Positions 1 through 11,985 of a stretch of 55,968 nt of DNA are shown in pieces. A program made the translations under genes and the position numbers. How positions within the stretch are numbered: position 1 is the first letter of the stretch; every line of letters starts with the position of its first letter. Source of the stretch: Seison nebaliae (taxonomy: Eukaryota); contig JALJEE010000455.1 in the NCBI GenBank assembly GCA_023231475.1, positions 1 through 55,968 on the forward strand, given 5' to 3'. The notes below the pieces were generated by a model. It was not told the origin of the DNA, did no database searches, and saw only the letters and a list, made by a program, of their open reading frames with translations.

Positions 1-1053
1 GCTCCATCTAGTTGGAGACCAAGCCTTAACAACTTTCTTTGCTCGTACAATATTCGCATGTGCCGACGACTTCCTAAGTCGTTCGACAAATTTTTTGAAT
101 GAGGATAGTTGAATATTGAATCTTTTGGTAAAACTCACAACCACGAGTTGTGCTAAATGAGCGACACACCACAAATTTTTTTCTTTCCCCAAAAATTTTT
201 CTCTAATTGGTTGTTCAATGTTTATTGGATCCATAAATGGTTCATCATGATGATCATTCAACTCATCATCTTCTTTATCCGAAAAATCATATGAATAATC
301 GTTCTTTTGAGTGGAGAACAATCGTCTTGAGGATCGTCTTAAGGATAATTCGGGTTCTTCTATAATTTCATTCGGATAACATAATTTTTTGAATACTCCT
401 CTTACATTTGAACCACCATCCGTCACAAAATAATTAATTGTTCCAATATTTAATCCATACTCATTCACAACCTCTTCTAAAATTGTTCGGATATTTTGCG
501 ATGTATGATTTCCGATAAACTCACGGAAACCTAAGACTCCGGTTTCTAATTTAAAATTGTGAATAGCGTGAAATGTAATTCCGAGAAACGATGCCATGTT
601 ATTTTTCATCGACCATGCATCAAATGTTAGAGAAATCGAAGAAGAATCGGTTAAAATAGACTTAATTTTCTCAAAAATTAATTGGTTTGAGTTATTCAAA
701 TAAGATTTTATGTCAGCCACTGAAGGTTTTTTAATTTGAGCAGCTGCACAAAATATTCGTATGTCTTGATTATTAACAACATCATATGCTGATGCAGTTG
801 ATAATATCGCTCTTGTGAATTTCATTGACAAATCTTTTCTTTTTTCTTCTGACAAACAGTTTTCAGTTTCCTCTAACTGTCTACTTAATTCAGGATGTTG
901 ATGCTTAATATGACTTTTTCTTTGCGCACATTTAATTTGAGAAATCCTTTTGCCACAAAAATCACCCGATTCTAAAATAACTTTACAAATGGAATGTTTT
1001 TTTCCAGCCGAATCATCATAAAATTTATGGACACCACTTTTCTTATTGTTCAT
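1..1053 (-). CDS. hAT-superfamily (Ac/Tam3/ZBED-like) transposase, 5' part; the ORF runs off the left edge
   Basis: Hand translation from the ATG at 1053 stays open to base 1 (351 codons; absent from the ORF track because no stop lies in the window). It has an N-terminal BED-like finger (C..C..H..H: CKVILESGDFCGK...HIKHQH), ISLTFDAWS (first catalytic D), FVTDGGSNV (second D), WCVAHLAQLVV (CxxH) and PTRWS. Confidence 0.9.
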   Translation of the reverse strand, partial: MNNKKSGVHKFYDDSAGKKHSICKVILESGDFCGKRISQIKCAQRKSHIKHQHPELSRQLEETENCLSEEKRKDLSMKFTRAILSTASAYDVVNNQDIRIFCAAAQIKKPSVADIKSYLNNSNQLIFEKIKSILTDSSSISLTFDAWSMKNNMASFLGITFHAIHNFKLETGVLGFREFIGNHTSQNIRTILEEVVNEYGLNIGTINYFVTDGGSNVRGVFKKLCYPNEIIEEPELSLRRSSRRLFSTQKNDYSYDFSDKEDDELNDHHDEPFMDPINIEQPIREKFLGKEKNLWCVAHLAQLVVVSFTKRFNIQLSSFKKFVERLRKSSAHANIVRAKKVVKAWSPTRWS

Positions 1054-1124
1054 TCTTTACTAACACGTGCAAATTTGACGATAAGAAAGTTTAAGCTAAC
1101 AAATTAAGAAGTTTTAAGTTCTTT

Positions 1125-1254
1125 TAATTTTGTCTTTTGACTTGAACAATTCTTGGTAATTTGTCCGAGACAATTTTGTCTAAACAATATTGTCCGGACA
1201 AACATAAGCCAAAAATTTTGTCCTCGGAAATTTTTTGTCTTTTTTCGATCACTA
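1125..1254 (-). mobile_element. Probable 5' terminus and subterminal repeats of the hAT element
   Basis: The minus strand begins TAGTGATCG at 1254, a YAGNG-type hAT end. It is followed by clustered TTTGTC/GACAA motifs in both orientations. The other end and the TSD lie outside the window. Confidence 0.6.
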
Positions 1255-1659
1255 GACGACAAAGCGTTGCATTACTAACAATTGTAAGACATATTATCAT
1301 ATCATTTGCATAAGCTTAAAGAACCGTAAATGAATAATTGTGAATTAAGAACTTGGAATGACTTTTTATTTCACATAAAATTTCATAGATGATTTTCGCG
1401 AAAATCCATGAATCACAATTAAAACCTTATTAATTGGAGATAAATCAGAATTCCCAAAATCAACGTCAAAATGAAAAATGTCTGATCCAACATTGTACAA
1501 TCTTCTGCTTTAGAAACATCAATAAAATGGGAAAAATGTTTCCAGTTAACGTAACGATTAGGTATATAATAAAAATAAATGTGATTGTAAAGCAACAATT
1601 ATAGAAAGAAAATTAAAATAAATTATTTTTAAAACTTTAGTTTTCCTTATTGTTCTGTC

Positions 1660-1995
1660 ATGTCGAATACCAAAAAATTAAGTAGCTATGCTTTTCGTAT
1701 GGCACGATTAAAAGCTCAAATTCATGGAGAAGTAACATTACCTACCGACAAGAAATCGATGCGAATCGTGACAATGTTTAGTGAACTTCCTCATCATAAG
1801 AACAGCGAAGTTGTCGATTATTACCCTCGACATCAAGAGAATGAACAGTTGATAAGAAAACTGCGAGATTATGGTATCTTCCGTGATGAACATCTTGATT
1901 TCAAAGAAGAGATGTACCGTTTAAAAGTTTTACGCGGAAAATCCAAACCTGAAAGAGGAAAAGGTAAACAAGCGTTATTAAGAGCATCTGATTAA
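1660..1995 (+). CDS. MRPS33: Mitochondrial small-subunit ribosomal protein mS33
   Basis: Intronless 111-aa ORF with the family motifs YAFRMARL...IHGEV, YYPRH and GIFRDEHLDFKEEM..L..LRGK. Confidence 0.92.
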   Translation: MSNTKKLSSYAFRMARLKAQIHGEVTLPTDKKSMRIVTMFSELPHHKNSEVVDYYPRHQENEQLIRKLRDYGIFRDEHLDFKEEMYRLKVLRGKSKPERGKGKQALLRASD

Positions 1996-2680
1996 TTGTT
2001 TTTACATTGTGTAGAATAAATTACTTCCTCATAGAAGTTATCTTCATTACTTCATCCTTAAAAGAACTTGTCAAAAATTGCACTTTTGTTCATAAATTAT
2101 AAAAAGTTGCAAAATTTAATTTAATTCATCACCCATGAATGTTAGCTAACATACTAATTACTAACTAAATACATACCATTAAATTATGTATTTTCGATCT
2201 AAAAAATGTGAAGTTCATGAAGTTATCTAATTAATGAGAAATGTTCTTTTAAATCTCTCTGTTTCTTTACCAATTTCATTTCAGTTTTCAATCTGTTTAA
2301 TAAGATTTTCTACTTATTTTTTCGATATTTTTCATTGACATCCTACAAATCTTATATTTTGAAATTGAAAAATTTACTACAAAATATCTCCATTGCAAAT
2401 TCCTAGTAAAACATTTTCTTATTTCGCAATCTTAAAGTATCCTTAGTATCATTATTAAACAATGTAATAATTAAGTTAGTGTACATTTTTGGGCACTTTA
2501 CCAAGTTTGCAACGATAAAAGAATAAATAGAAAAAGATCAGTCTGTTCTAAAATTCTGTAAGAGGGTAATAGTGCTCGTAAGAAGGAACACGAACAAAAA
2601 TGGATTGTTCCCGAATAGAATTATGATGTCTGGTTGTTGAAAATCAGTTTTATTCGAACGAAATACATTGTTCTTATCAA

Positions 2681-3373
2681 TACGATTGAGGGACAGTTCT
2701 ACTCCTTTTTTCGAAAGATTCGGACAGTTCCTCTCCTTTTTTCGAAAGATTCGGACAGTTCTGCTCTTTCTTCAAAAAATTCGGACTGTTCTACTCCTTC
2801 TTTTGGAATTTTTAGAGAGTTTTTTTCCTTTTGCATTTTTTTCTAAATGAACAGTTTTTACTGTTAATCCGGCAACAAGATGTTCTTTCTAATATAGGAA
2901 ACCAAAAGTTGGAACAACTATATTTCCCCGTTATAATACTTTAATCTATTATAATTAAACAGATTAAAATTATTTATTTAAATTATATATATCTATTAAT
3001 ATTATTAATTGAAAAAAAGAAATTGTTGACTGACATCGAGATGACACCGTTCACAAGATGTTTTAATGTTTGATCTTTTGAAATATTGCTCTTTTGCTTC
3101 TTTTCTTCTCACTCTTGAGAAATAAATTATATTGAAGACTCTCATATTTGAAAACTCTGATTAGCACGTTTTCATATCGAAGTTTGTATCGAAGGTTTTA
3201 TTTCCCAAATTAATAAAAATGTCTTGTTGCCGGATAAACATTAATGTCCAAAAAAGGAACAGAACTGTTCGAATTTTTTGAAAAAAGGAGTAGAACTGTC
3301 CGAACTTTTTCAAGCAAGGAGTAGATCTGTCCGTTTTTTAAGTGGAAGTAGAACTGCCCGGGTACCATCAATA
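2681..3373. mobile_element. Non-autonomous inverted-repeat (MITE-like) element
   Basis: Four tandem units of about 30-31 bp (GGACAGTTCTACTCCTTTTTTCGAAAGATTC) start at 2691 and are mirrored by four reverse-complement units at about 3247-3360. An inner inverted pair TCCGGCAACAAGA (2868-2880) / TCTTGTTGCCGGA (3221-3233) is also present. No TSD found. Confidence 0.7.
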
Positions 3374-3881
3374 CCGTTCGAACGAACATTCCCATTTCGT
3401 TCGCGAACGCCTTCGAAGCTGTTACTTTCCCCCGAGATACTTTCACTTCGAAAAAAATGAGAATCGAACACAAAAATGAAAATTTAAGGAGGTTATACTT
3501 ACTCAAAATTATAGGTGATTTGAAGAATTGATTTTGAGCATAGAACTTTACCGTGACTACAGCAGTATAAGTAGCTTAATATGCTAACATTTTTTATCGC
3601 ATTGTTCTGTTTTTATACCTCCATATGGCTTTTATTAGAGATAAGAAGAATAATTTTTTGGAATGATGACGTTTTATGTTCTACAAAGGAAAATGATAGA
3701 AACTTTAGAATTATTTTTCTTTCACAAATTTAAGCAACTAGCGAATCAATAAAATTAAATTATCATTTTTACAATTAAAATCCATTCCCTATACAAAAAG
3801 AAGGACATGTTGAAAAAGAAACAAATTTCACATTTCATTTCAGTTCTGATTTTATTTCATTTACTAACATAGTTTAGGTCA

Positions 3882-4713
3882 ATGATCAAATTGCCGTTTA
3901 TCCGTAGTAGGTTTTTAGTAATTATTTTACTAATTTCGACTAATTTGCTGGCATTACCTGACGTATGGGAGATACGGCGAAAGACCGATGAAAACATATA
4001 TCATTGTAAAGTTGCCGATAAGTTTGATGACACCGAGGAACAAAAGGCACGTTGGACGGCAGAGTTATGTAGATCCTCGTCTATAATTATTGATATATAT
4101 GCAAACGGTTAGACATTAACTTTGATGTTTTCCAAGTAATGTTTTTTTTTGTCTCAATACAAATACAACAATACAGAAACCATGAACGACTTCCCAATGA
4201 AGGTGAATTAAGATATTTATTTTATATAACTGTAAAGCATTAATTTTGTTTAAATTAGACGATGTGTTCAAAAACTCCTGGTATGATTTACGACTTAACG
4301 AACCCGAACTTTCGTATTGTATACCAGTTATAACGAATTTATAAAAAATAATTGAATAATTTTGGATTTTAAGATGCCTTCGAAAAGGTAAGGTTTATCC
4401 AGATCGTATATGTTTTGTTAAATTCTTTCATAATTTTAAAGCTAAAATTTATTTTCATCATAATAATAGTTAGCTCCAGCAAAGTTTCACGCTTCTCATG
4501 GGCATTTCTGCCGTGGGGCCAAAATTAGAGGTAAGGAATATTTTATTGAACAGGACAGATTGGCAAGGGCGAGGGCAGCAAAGAAGGCTAAAGAAGAAGC
4601 AGAACGTAGAAGGAAAGAAATAGAAATGATGTTAGTACAACATTGTGATGAGTAATGCATGAATGAGACCATAGCAAACATAGTTTTATATTATTAGAGA
4701 AATATGGGTATGA
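3882..4713 (+). CDS. Putative small secreted Cys-containing protein (multi-exon, uncharacterised)
   Basis: Signal-peptide-like N-terminus (FLVIILLISTNLLA). Short AT-rich GT..AG segments join in frame to give ...KTMCSKTPG...FRIVYQCLRK-APAKFHASHGHFCRG...EEAERRRKE. The exact exon boundaries and the stop (4655 or about 4713) are uncertain. Confidence 0.45.
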
Positions 4714-5308
4714 ATTAACTAAAAAAGAAATTGAATATATTTAGGATCTTGTTCAACTTCCATTTATACTCATCTCACAATTACGCTTTTTCACGGTACA
4801 TTGTTTTCAACAATTCATGTGCATCCTTTAAGATAAAGTTTTCTCTTTGACGATATAACTGCGGGAAGTTTTCCGCCGAATTCAATCTGAACTGCGTATT
4901 CAATAATTGATTAACTTCATATCAGAACGTTCGATTGCTACCATTGTCAATTTAGACTTATGGCTGTAAGCACTCAAAGAATGAATTTACGTTCATTTAG
5001 ACTCTATATTTTAGACCATAGTTGTCAAATAGTCAATGGAAAAAAATAATGAGTTAATTACAATACAAATTACGTTTTATCAAACCTTCCGACAATACCG
5101 ATAAATCGGAATTAATATGAAATAATTTAGAATCTTTTTTGAATACATCCCGTTTTAATTTGAGAAAATTTCGTTTTATCAGGATTTCCATATACCGAAG
5201 TTTTTGTAGATATATTAAGATTTATTCTGGATAAACCCATTTTTAATTTTCTTGGTCTCTCTGGGATATGTAATTATCACGTGTTTATGATTATTTTATT
5301 CTGTAAAG

Positions 5309-5925
5309 GTCTTCAACAACGACAACGACAACGACAACAACTACAACGACAACGACAACGACAACAACAACAACAACAACGACAACAACTACAACAACGA
5401 CAACAATTACAACAACAACTCGAAAAAAGACAACTAGACGGAAAGGAATGAAAATAATAAAAAAACCAACTACTACAACGACAACAACGACAACAACCAC
5501 AACAACCACAACAACCACAACAACGACAACAACGACAACAACGACAACAACAACGACAACCACCACAACAACCACAACAACCACAACAACAACTAAAAGT
5601 GTTGATACTACTACTACTGAGTTTATTATAAATATGGGCTTCAATATATCGGAAGAAGAAGACGAATTATCAGCGGTAGTCCAAAGTTTGGTTGAAAAAA
5701 ATGATAAAAATATCGGCCGAAAAAAAAGTATCAGGAAAATCTATACGACTTTGATTGTCATTCTTATTCTGCTATTTTTACTTGCTCTTATAGCTGCCAT
5801 AGTGCTGTACAAAATGTTAAACATTTATTAAACATTCAACTAATTTCTGTTATTATTAATTTAGGGGATATATATGGAAGAAAGATATGAACCAAAATTT
5901 AGCAAGGATCCGAAACCGGGGATAA
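5309..5925 (+). CDS. Thr-rich mucin-like type I membrane protein (5' end uncertain)
   Basis: Two poly-Thr tracts (ACA/ACG/ACC/ACT), then a hydrophobic segment (LIVILILLFLLALIAAIVL). Intron 5816-5864 (GTTAAA..TTAG) gives the tail MGYIWKKDMNQNLARIRNRG*. A signal-like upstream segment (INPFLIFLVSLGY) lies at about 5230-5280. Confidence 0.6.
5314..5595 (+). repeat. Degenerate (ACN)n trinucleotide tracts encoding poly-Thr
   Basis: Seen directly. Variation is confined to the third position of ACN, which is consistent with coding constraint. Confidence 0.9.
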
Positions 5926-7559
5926 ATACGAATTACACTAATTTAATTATACTAACAATTAGATTTAATAAAATTATATTAAATTAATTCATTTGAAAAT
6001 TAGAATGAGTGTTTTATATGATTATAAATATAAATATATATATACAGGTGTATCCGAAATTATTCGGATAAAAATTTTTTTTAAAAATACTTATAACTTT
6101 TGTCAAATAGCATTATATGCGTAAAAGTGGATACCGTAGTTCTTCATTTCAAGATGATCATGTTCGATTCACATGATGTCCGGTGAAATATGAATCTATA
6201 ACGTATATATGACAGAAAGTCTCCTTTGAGGACAACGTTCATAAGCTGTAATTATGGAAAAGGTGTGTTGAATCAAGTTAATATGATATGAATCAAGAAG
6301 GATGAGTATTACATACCTGTTCTATACTTTTAAAATAATAAATAATCGGTGAAATTTGAACCGGGCACAAGGAAATTTGTAGTTTTATTTCCGACATTTC
6401 GAATGAACGAATGTACGCGTTAATGAATCGAAATGAACTCAATTATGAAATGACTAATAATAGGAATTTTAACTTTTATAATTACTATTAAAATAATAAT
6501 AAAAAAATAGTTTTCTTAATTTTTAACACTTTTATGCTGTAAAAGCATTGAAGTTATACGATGATGAAGGATAATCCAAATTGATCTAAACCTTATGAAT
6601 TTGATTAAAGCTGTTTTGTAATTTGTTTAAATCCAAATAAATTTAATTTATTGGTTAAGGACTGTTGAACATTTCAAAAATCTAAATGTGTGGTTCATTA
6701 ATATATTTTCATTTAGAATTAAAGTGTGTCATATCTGTGCATAAATAATGCGCTTAAATTCAGAAATTCTTTGGGTAATAAAATTGAAACTTCTAAAACA
6801 GTTTACTTCACATGATTTTTTTCTCGTTGCAATTTATCTTGGAAACGTCACTGTATCGTCAATCAGGATTTTACGAAATCGTCCAATACGAATATTCCGT
6901 AACGGAATATTTTGAAGTTTGGAACGAAAGTATCGCACACCAACAACGTCATTTTTCTTCAAAGAGTCTACCGTCCTACTTATTCTCCTAATCATAACAG
7001 AACTACTTCTTCATTTAGTACAATAATTATTTTTCTTATTCCTTTTGAATGAGATCTGTCCGTTACTATTAAGACGTTCTCTTTGGGATTTTCCATTCAT
7101 TTCTTCAGATTCTGTTCAATTTGTACTAGACGTTCCTGTGAAAAATAAGTTTTCTTTGAGATTAAAATCATTATTCCGATATAGTGATTGAGGGACAGAT
7201 CGTTACCGTATATAAAAATTTTGTAGAGAACAGTTCTCTCAATGAAAGTACGAATGAGATATTGAAGATTAGCCTTACTCTCAATTATGCCTGTTAAATG
7301 ATCAGAACGATCAACTTACAAGGGAACATTCCCATAAAGGACTCGGAAACCCAAAAAATTTTTATTCGATCTTGTAGAGCATTATTTTTGAAAATTTTTA
7401 ATGTAACCAAAATGGGCATCCGGTGTCTTTTAAGATTCTAAGGTTTTTTTATAAATCTGGATTTTTTTGCTATATATTCTATACAGGAAGATTCTTTATA
7501 AATGAAATTTTTATTCATTAAAGTAGGAAATTAAAAAGAAAAATATTTGATTGAAGTTA

Positions 7560-9440
7560 AACAAAATTTTACAAATTATTGTTCAAAAATTTCATTGAAC
7601 GGTCTCAATTGAATCTTGTCATAGGTAATTAATGCTGTTATCATCGTTAAGGGAATGTCGTTAATGTTGTTGATGTTCATTCAATTGAAGAATGACCCAG
7701 TCAAGACTGAAACCAAACAACCTAGGTCTCAAGATGGAACCTGGTCTGACACCATTGTTGGCAGGGAAAGGATTTCGTAAACTACGACCAAGTGGAATCG
7801 AAACCTTTCGATGCATCGAGGAGCGATCATTCCACGGGGAACATCTCTGTGTCGAAAGCGTGATTAAAGATTTCGAGAAGAATCAGCGACATCAGCTCTC
7901 TTCAAAACATTGCACGAGTTTCGGACAGATCCCATCGATACCGTGTGCCTTGTTAATTCCCGAGGAGTTGGTCGCGTTAGAGATATCTCGAGTTCGAAAA
8001 AAATTGGAAACGCTCGAGCAATCGGGAATTTGTTGTGAACTATTTCTCTCGATCTCCATCTGTGAGCGAAAATGTGACGAAAATTGAGAGAGTGAAGGAC
8101 GATCTTCGGAATCCATATTCGACCTGGCAGGGCGAAAGAGAGCTCAGAGAGTCGACGGGTTCGTGCATGTTAGAATATTTAATTCCGCGGACACCATGTC
8201 TGAAAGCCTTCTTGGCGCGGATTAATGCGACGGATATTTCTGGCGATGGTGTGATGTGGGAAAGACTGGAGAGTGTTGCACACTCTGTTCGGAGTGGTAG
8301 GATGGTGTGAAAAAGTGGAAAAGATCGTGAGTCTGATTGCGCGATGTGAGAAGTAGATGAAAAATGAGTTAGAAGTTGCATTAGTTGCGACGAGTCCAAC
8401 GAGTTATGGTCACGGTCGAAAAAAAATTTGAAACGTTGTGTCAAAGATTGTTGGATTATGTCCTTACATCTTGTATGAATCTTGTTAGTTTTACAATAGT
8501 TTCGACCAACTGTGGTGGAGGAAATATGAGAAGAATCGTGAAGGCGTGTTGACTTGGAAACGCTGAGAGAAAGGGAACACGTCAAGAGAGCGTGATCAGG
8601 CAGGAATGCCGGTTGTCTATTGTGAAAAATAGAACAGTCGAAAATGGATGATTGAAGAGAAGAAGATGAATGAATTGAAGTCACCAGCGATGATGATAGG
8701 AGTCGAGTATTCGCGTTGACGATGATCTACGCATTCGAAAAAAGAAAAAATGATGCCAACGTCACCTGTTGGGAGGTAAAAAATTTTGTTCTCTATATGG
8801 AAGGAGTTGGAACATCTTCCAAAATCACATATGTCCGTAGCGGTTAGAGATTCGTGAATGAAGACGAAGAGACCTCCTGATGGTCTGCCAAGACCTGAAT
8901 TACTGACCATCGTGTCGAGAGAAATAAGACGATGAGTGTCCGATGAAAGTCAGTTCGGATACAGAGAGATGAGCCGAGGATTATGAATAAAGATTAACTC
9001 GTGATATAAGAGAAATGGTAAGTTCGAACATAGATTCGACGCTCAATGTGAATTGAACGAGACAAGTGACAGTTTCTTCGATTCGGATGTTAGAACTAAT
9101 ATATATGAACATGGTGATAGAAAAGAAGGTAAAACAGTGGGATAGTTTTGTCATAAAAGTGTAGATGAAGATGAAGATGGAGGAAGTGAGAGTGGTGGAG
9201 GAAGAGGAAGAGAAGGAGTGCCACACTTAATACATCTCTCTTTTAGAGAAAAAAATGGACGGATATGAATTCGCTCGATCAAATGAACGGGTTGTGTTCG
9301 GAGAATCGTCATTCATTCTGCTTCTTCTTGGAGAGCCGATTTGAGGATATTCGGATATCTTTCGCTTTCGTCGTTTGTGGTACGTTGAATGAAGAATGAA
9401 GCGGTAATGTCACCGATTTGATGACATCGATCTGTACTTT
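7560..9440 (-). mobile_element. Degenerate non-LTR retrotransposon (LINE) remnant with APE endonuclease and RT fragments
   Basis: Locally higher GC. Minus-strand fragments occur in LINE ORF2 order: GRPSGGLFVFIH and PIIIAGDFNS (APE), KAHGIDGI (KAPG.DG motif before RT) and PFPANNGVRPGSILRPRLF (GV.QG..LSP.LF). There are many stops and frameshifts and no intact YADD. Boundaries are approximate. Confidence 0.85.
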
Positions 9441-9747
9441 ATATATCTGGAAATTTGTATAAACTTTTAACGGCACTATTTCTTAAATATCCAGTTCGAT
9501 TTGGGAAACTATCAGTTTGGATTATTATGTGTTTCCAATATTAGCTTTAATTATTTCATTTGATGAAGACGTGCTATAATTTCCACAAAAACAATTAAGG
9601 AAAAGTATTTAAAATTATCGAGAAATGATGCCATACTGTAATGTTATTTCGATTAAGTGTGGTTATCAACACTATTTATTGACGTGATATCTGACTTCTA
9701 AGGTTCTCTGTAACATGAATTTCTAAGTTTTTTCGATGTCTGATGGT

Positions 9748-10421
9748 TTAGAACTTTGAGAGTTTCGATTGTGGTTCATCTATCTGTTTTGTTGTAGGAA
9801 GATATTGAGCACTAGCAACTCGATGGTTCTGCTTAGATTTCGGAGGTTGATTATATATTACCAAATAAAATAAAAAGCCAGTGGTTATTATTAAAACTAA
9901 AAAGAATTTCCATATTTCTTGTTTCGCGCTATACTTATCGATAAAAACTTTAACATTATCTCTTACAATAAGAAGAAAATCGTATTCTTCTGAATAAGTT
10001 GTTTTAAAGAATTCGGGGATTGCTATATAATCTTCATAATTACATTTGGACTTGAAACATTTATAAATTAATATTGGATAATCCATATCAAGTTGCAATT
10101 GACATGTTTCTTTCAGCTTACAAGCATTTACTGTAAATGAATAATTAAATGAGTTAAGGTTAAAAATTGACGACGAACCTGTCTCTATACCGATGTTTTT
10201 AAGATTTTTATGGAAACATTCTAATTTTCTGAAAATTCTTTATCATTTCATATGTAGATTAGAATAACTAACGAAACGATTTTGAATTCATTACCTTTAA
10301 AACTCGTACAATTTTCATTAAATAAACCTATTCTTTGAAGAGTGGTGGAAATTAGATGGAACTGATAACCATAATTTCCAATAAAACAACAACATAGCAC
10401 CGGAAAAATATAAATTGTCAT
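9748..10421 (-). CDS. Small type I membrane protein with Cys-rich ectodomain (3 exons, uncharacterised)
   Basis: ATG at 10421 with a signal-like start (MTIYIFPVLCCCFIG). Introns 10229-10272 and 10131-10178 keep the frame into the 9748-10098 ORF. The ectodomain has six Cys, followed by the TM segment FFLVLIITTGFLFYLVIY. Confidence 0.65.
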
Positions 10422-11943
10422 AATAAATCAGATGTGGAAAAAAGTTCAAGTAAAATAATAGATTGAAACGAAAATTTAATTTTCCATGTCCTCAATTAAA
10501 TCGAGTCGAATTATACAAATTTGTAGTTTTGGAAAAAACCAACATTTGAATAGAAATTTTTTCCGCAGTATTATTGAAATTGTTATTATTTGTCATATTA
10601 TCAGAAACAAAAAAATTGTCTGAAATATAATAATTTTCATTTTTAAACAATAATTTGCAACAAAACTACCAAGGAAAGCTGTGGAATTGAGTTAAAATGA
10701 TAGAAATCGTTCCTAATCGTCTAAATTCAAAAATTAAACCAGAGATTAATTATTATTGTTTATTAGTTAAAAATTCCCGTTCGGATAAATTAGAAAAACA
10801 AATTTAAAAAATTCGATCATCACCAACGTCAATTAAATGATACATTTCCGAGAGAGATCGAAAGAGTGATCAAACGATATGTTAAAATGCTGCTCCGATA
10901 TATTAAAAAAATATTAATATGAAAAATAAGTAATTGAAATTCTAGGTTTTCTAACAATCATATTAAAATAGTCCATAAAAAATTATAAGTCTTTAGTTGA
11001 CGATTCGAATATCCACCGTCCCTTATCAGTTCTCCGTCCAGTAATTAACTTGATAGTAGAATATCATCTGTTTCCAAACTGATATCTCTTCAAATATTAT
11101 AGCAATCAAACTAAGACGAGAGAAGAGAAAAGGAAAAGTAGTCCGGAAAAAGAGTGATGACAGAAAACATTTTAAAAATTTCTCAAAATGAATTACGTAT
11201 TTATGTGTACACCTGACGAATAATTTCATCTGAATGGATGGAATAAAAATAATTTGAGGGAAAAATAGAAATGGATGCATAAAAATCGAATTATTTAATT
11301 ATGTTAAAAGAAGCTAATAATGAAAATAGGATAAATAAAAGAAAGAAGAAGAATGAACTGCAGTTGAATAGAAAAGTAAATTGGAATTTAAAAGAAAGAC
11401 CAAGAAATGTGTCCGAATCTCATGGGAGAGCGCGAAATATCCGAAAAAAAATGCGTATTATCTTTTACTGTCTTTTTTTCTTTCTTTTCGATATCTTCTC
11501 TTTATCTGTTCATGTGCCTTTACATTCGTTCTCCTCTCTCCTGACATGCGATCTCCGATGTATGAAAAATGCTTCTGATGATTATTATGATGATAGAAAT
11601 AAAATATTGATAATAGTTGCAGTCTCATCGTTATTGTTCATCGTTCTCTCTCATCTCCACACTACATGATGCTCCATCAATGGTACATTTCAGCTATCGC
11701 GCATAGAGCAACTGATATTACGATTAATGTCCGATTGACAGAAATAAATTCCTTTCAATATTTTAATTTGTCTTTCATTCCTTCTTCTGAAGACGATAGA
11801 AGAAGAGACAGTATAAGAAAGTGTTATAAGTATTAAATTTTTACTCTTCCAAAATTTACATAGAGACATAAAATAAAGAAAAATCGGCTGTCATTTGTAC
11901 ATCGGTTCATTATTTAAACATTAACAATCTTAACAATCTTAAC

Positions 11944-11985
11944 AAACACACACACACACACACACACTCATACACACATACACAT
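11944..11985. repeat. (CA)n microsatellite
   Basis: Seen directly. Confidence 0.9.

Noticed and set aside
2691..2810. About 31-bp direct repeats resembling a CRISPR array
   Set aside because: The units are adjacent with no unique spacers, are mirrored on the opposite strand, and sit in a eukaryotic context with no cas genes.
2634..3506. ORFs at 2634, 2668, 3210 and 3278
   Set aside because: They are incidental translations of the repeat arrays.
5291..5644. Poly-Val ORF on the minus strand
   Set aside because: It is the antisense shadow of the poly-Thr coding tract.
6043..6110. TA|CAGGTGTATCC Tc1/mariner-like end with a small palindrome
   Set aside because: No matching opposite TIR or transposase remnant was found.
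7692..8310. Plus-strand ORFs at 7692 and 8035
   Set aside because: They are antisense to the LINE remnant and carry no independent motifs.
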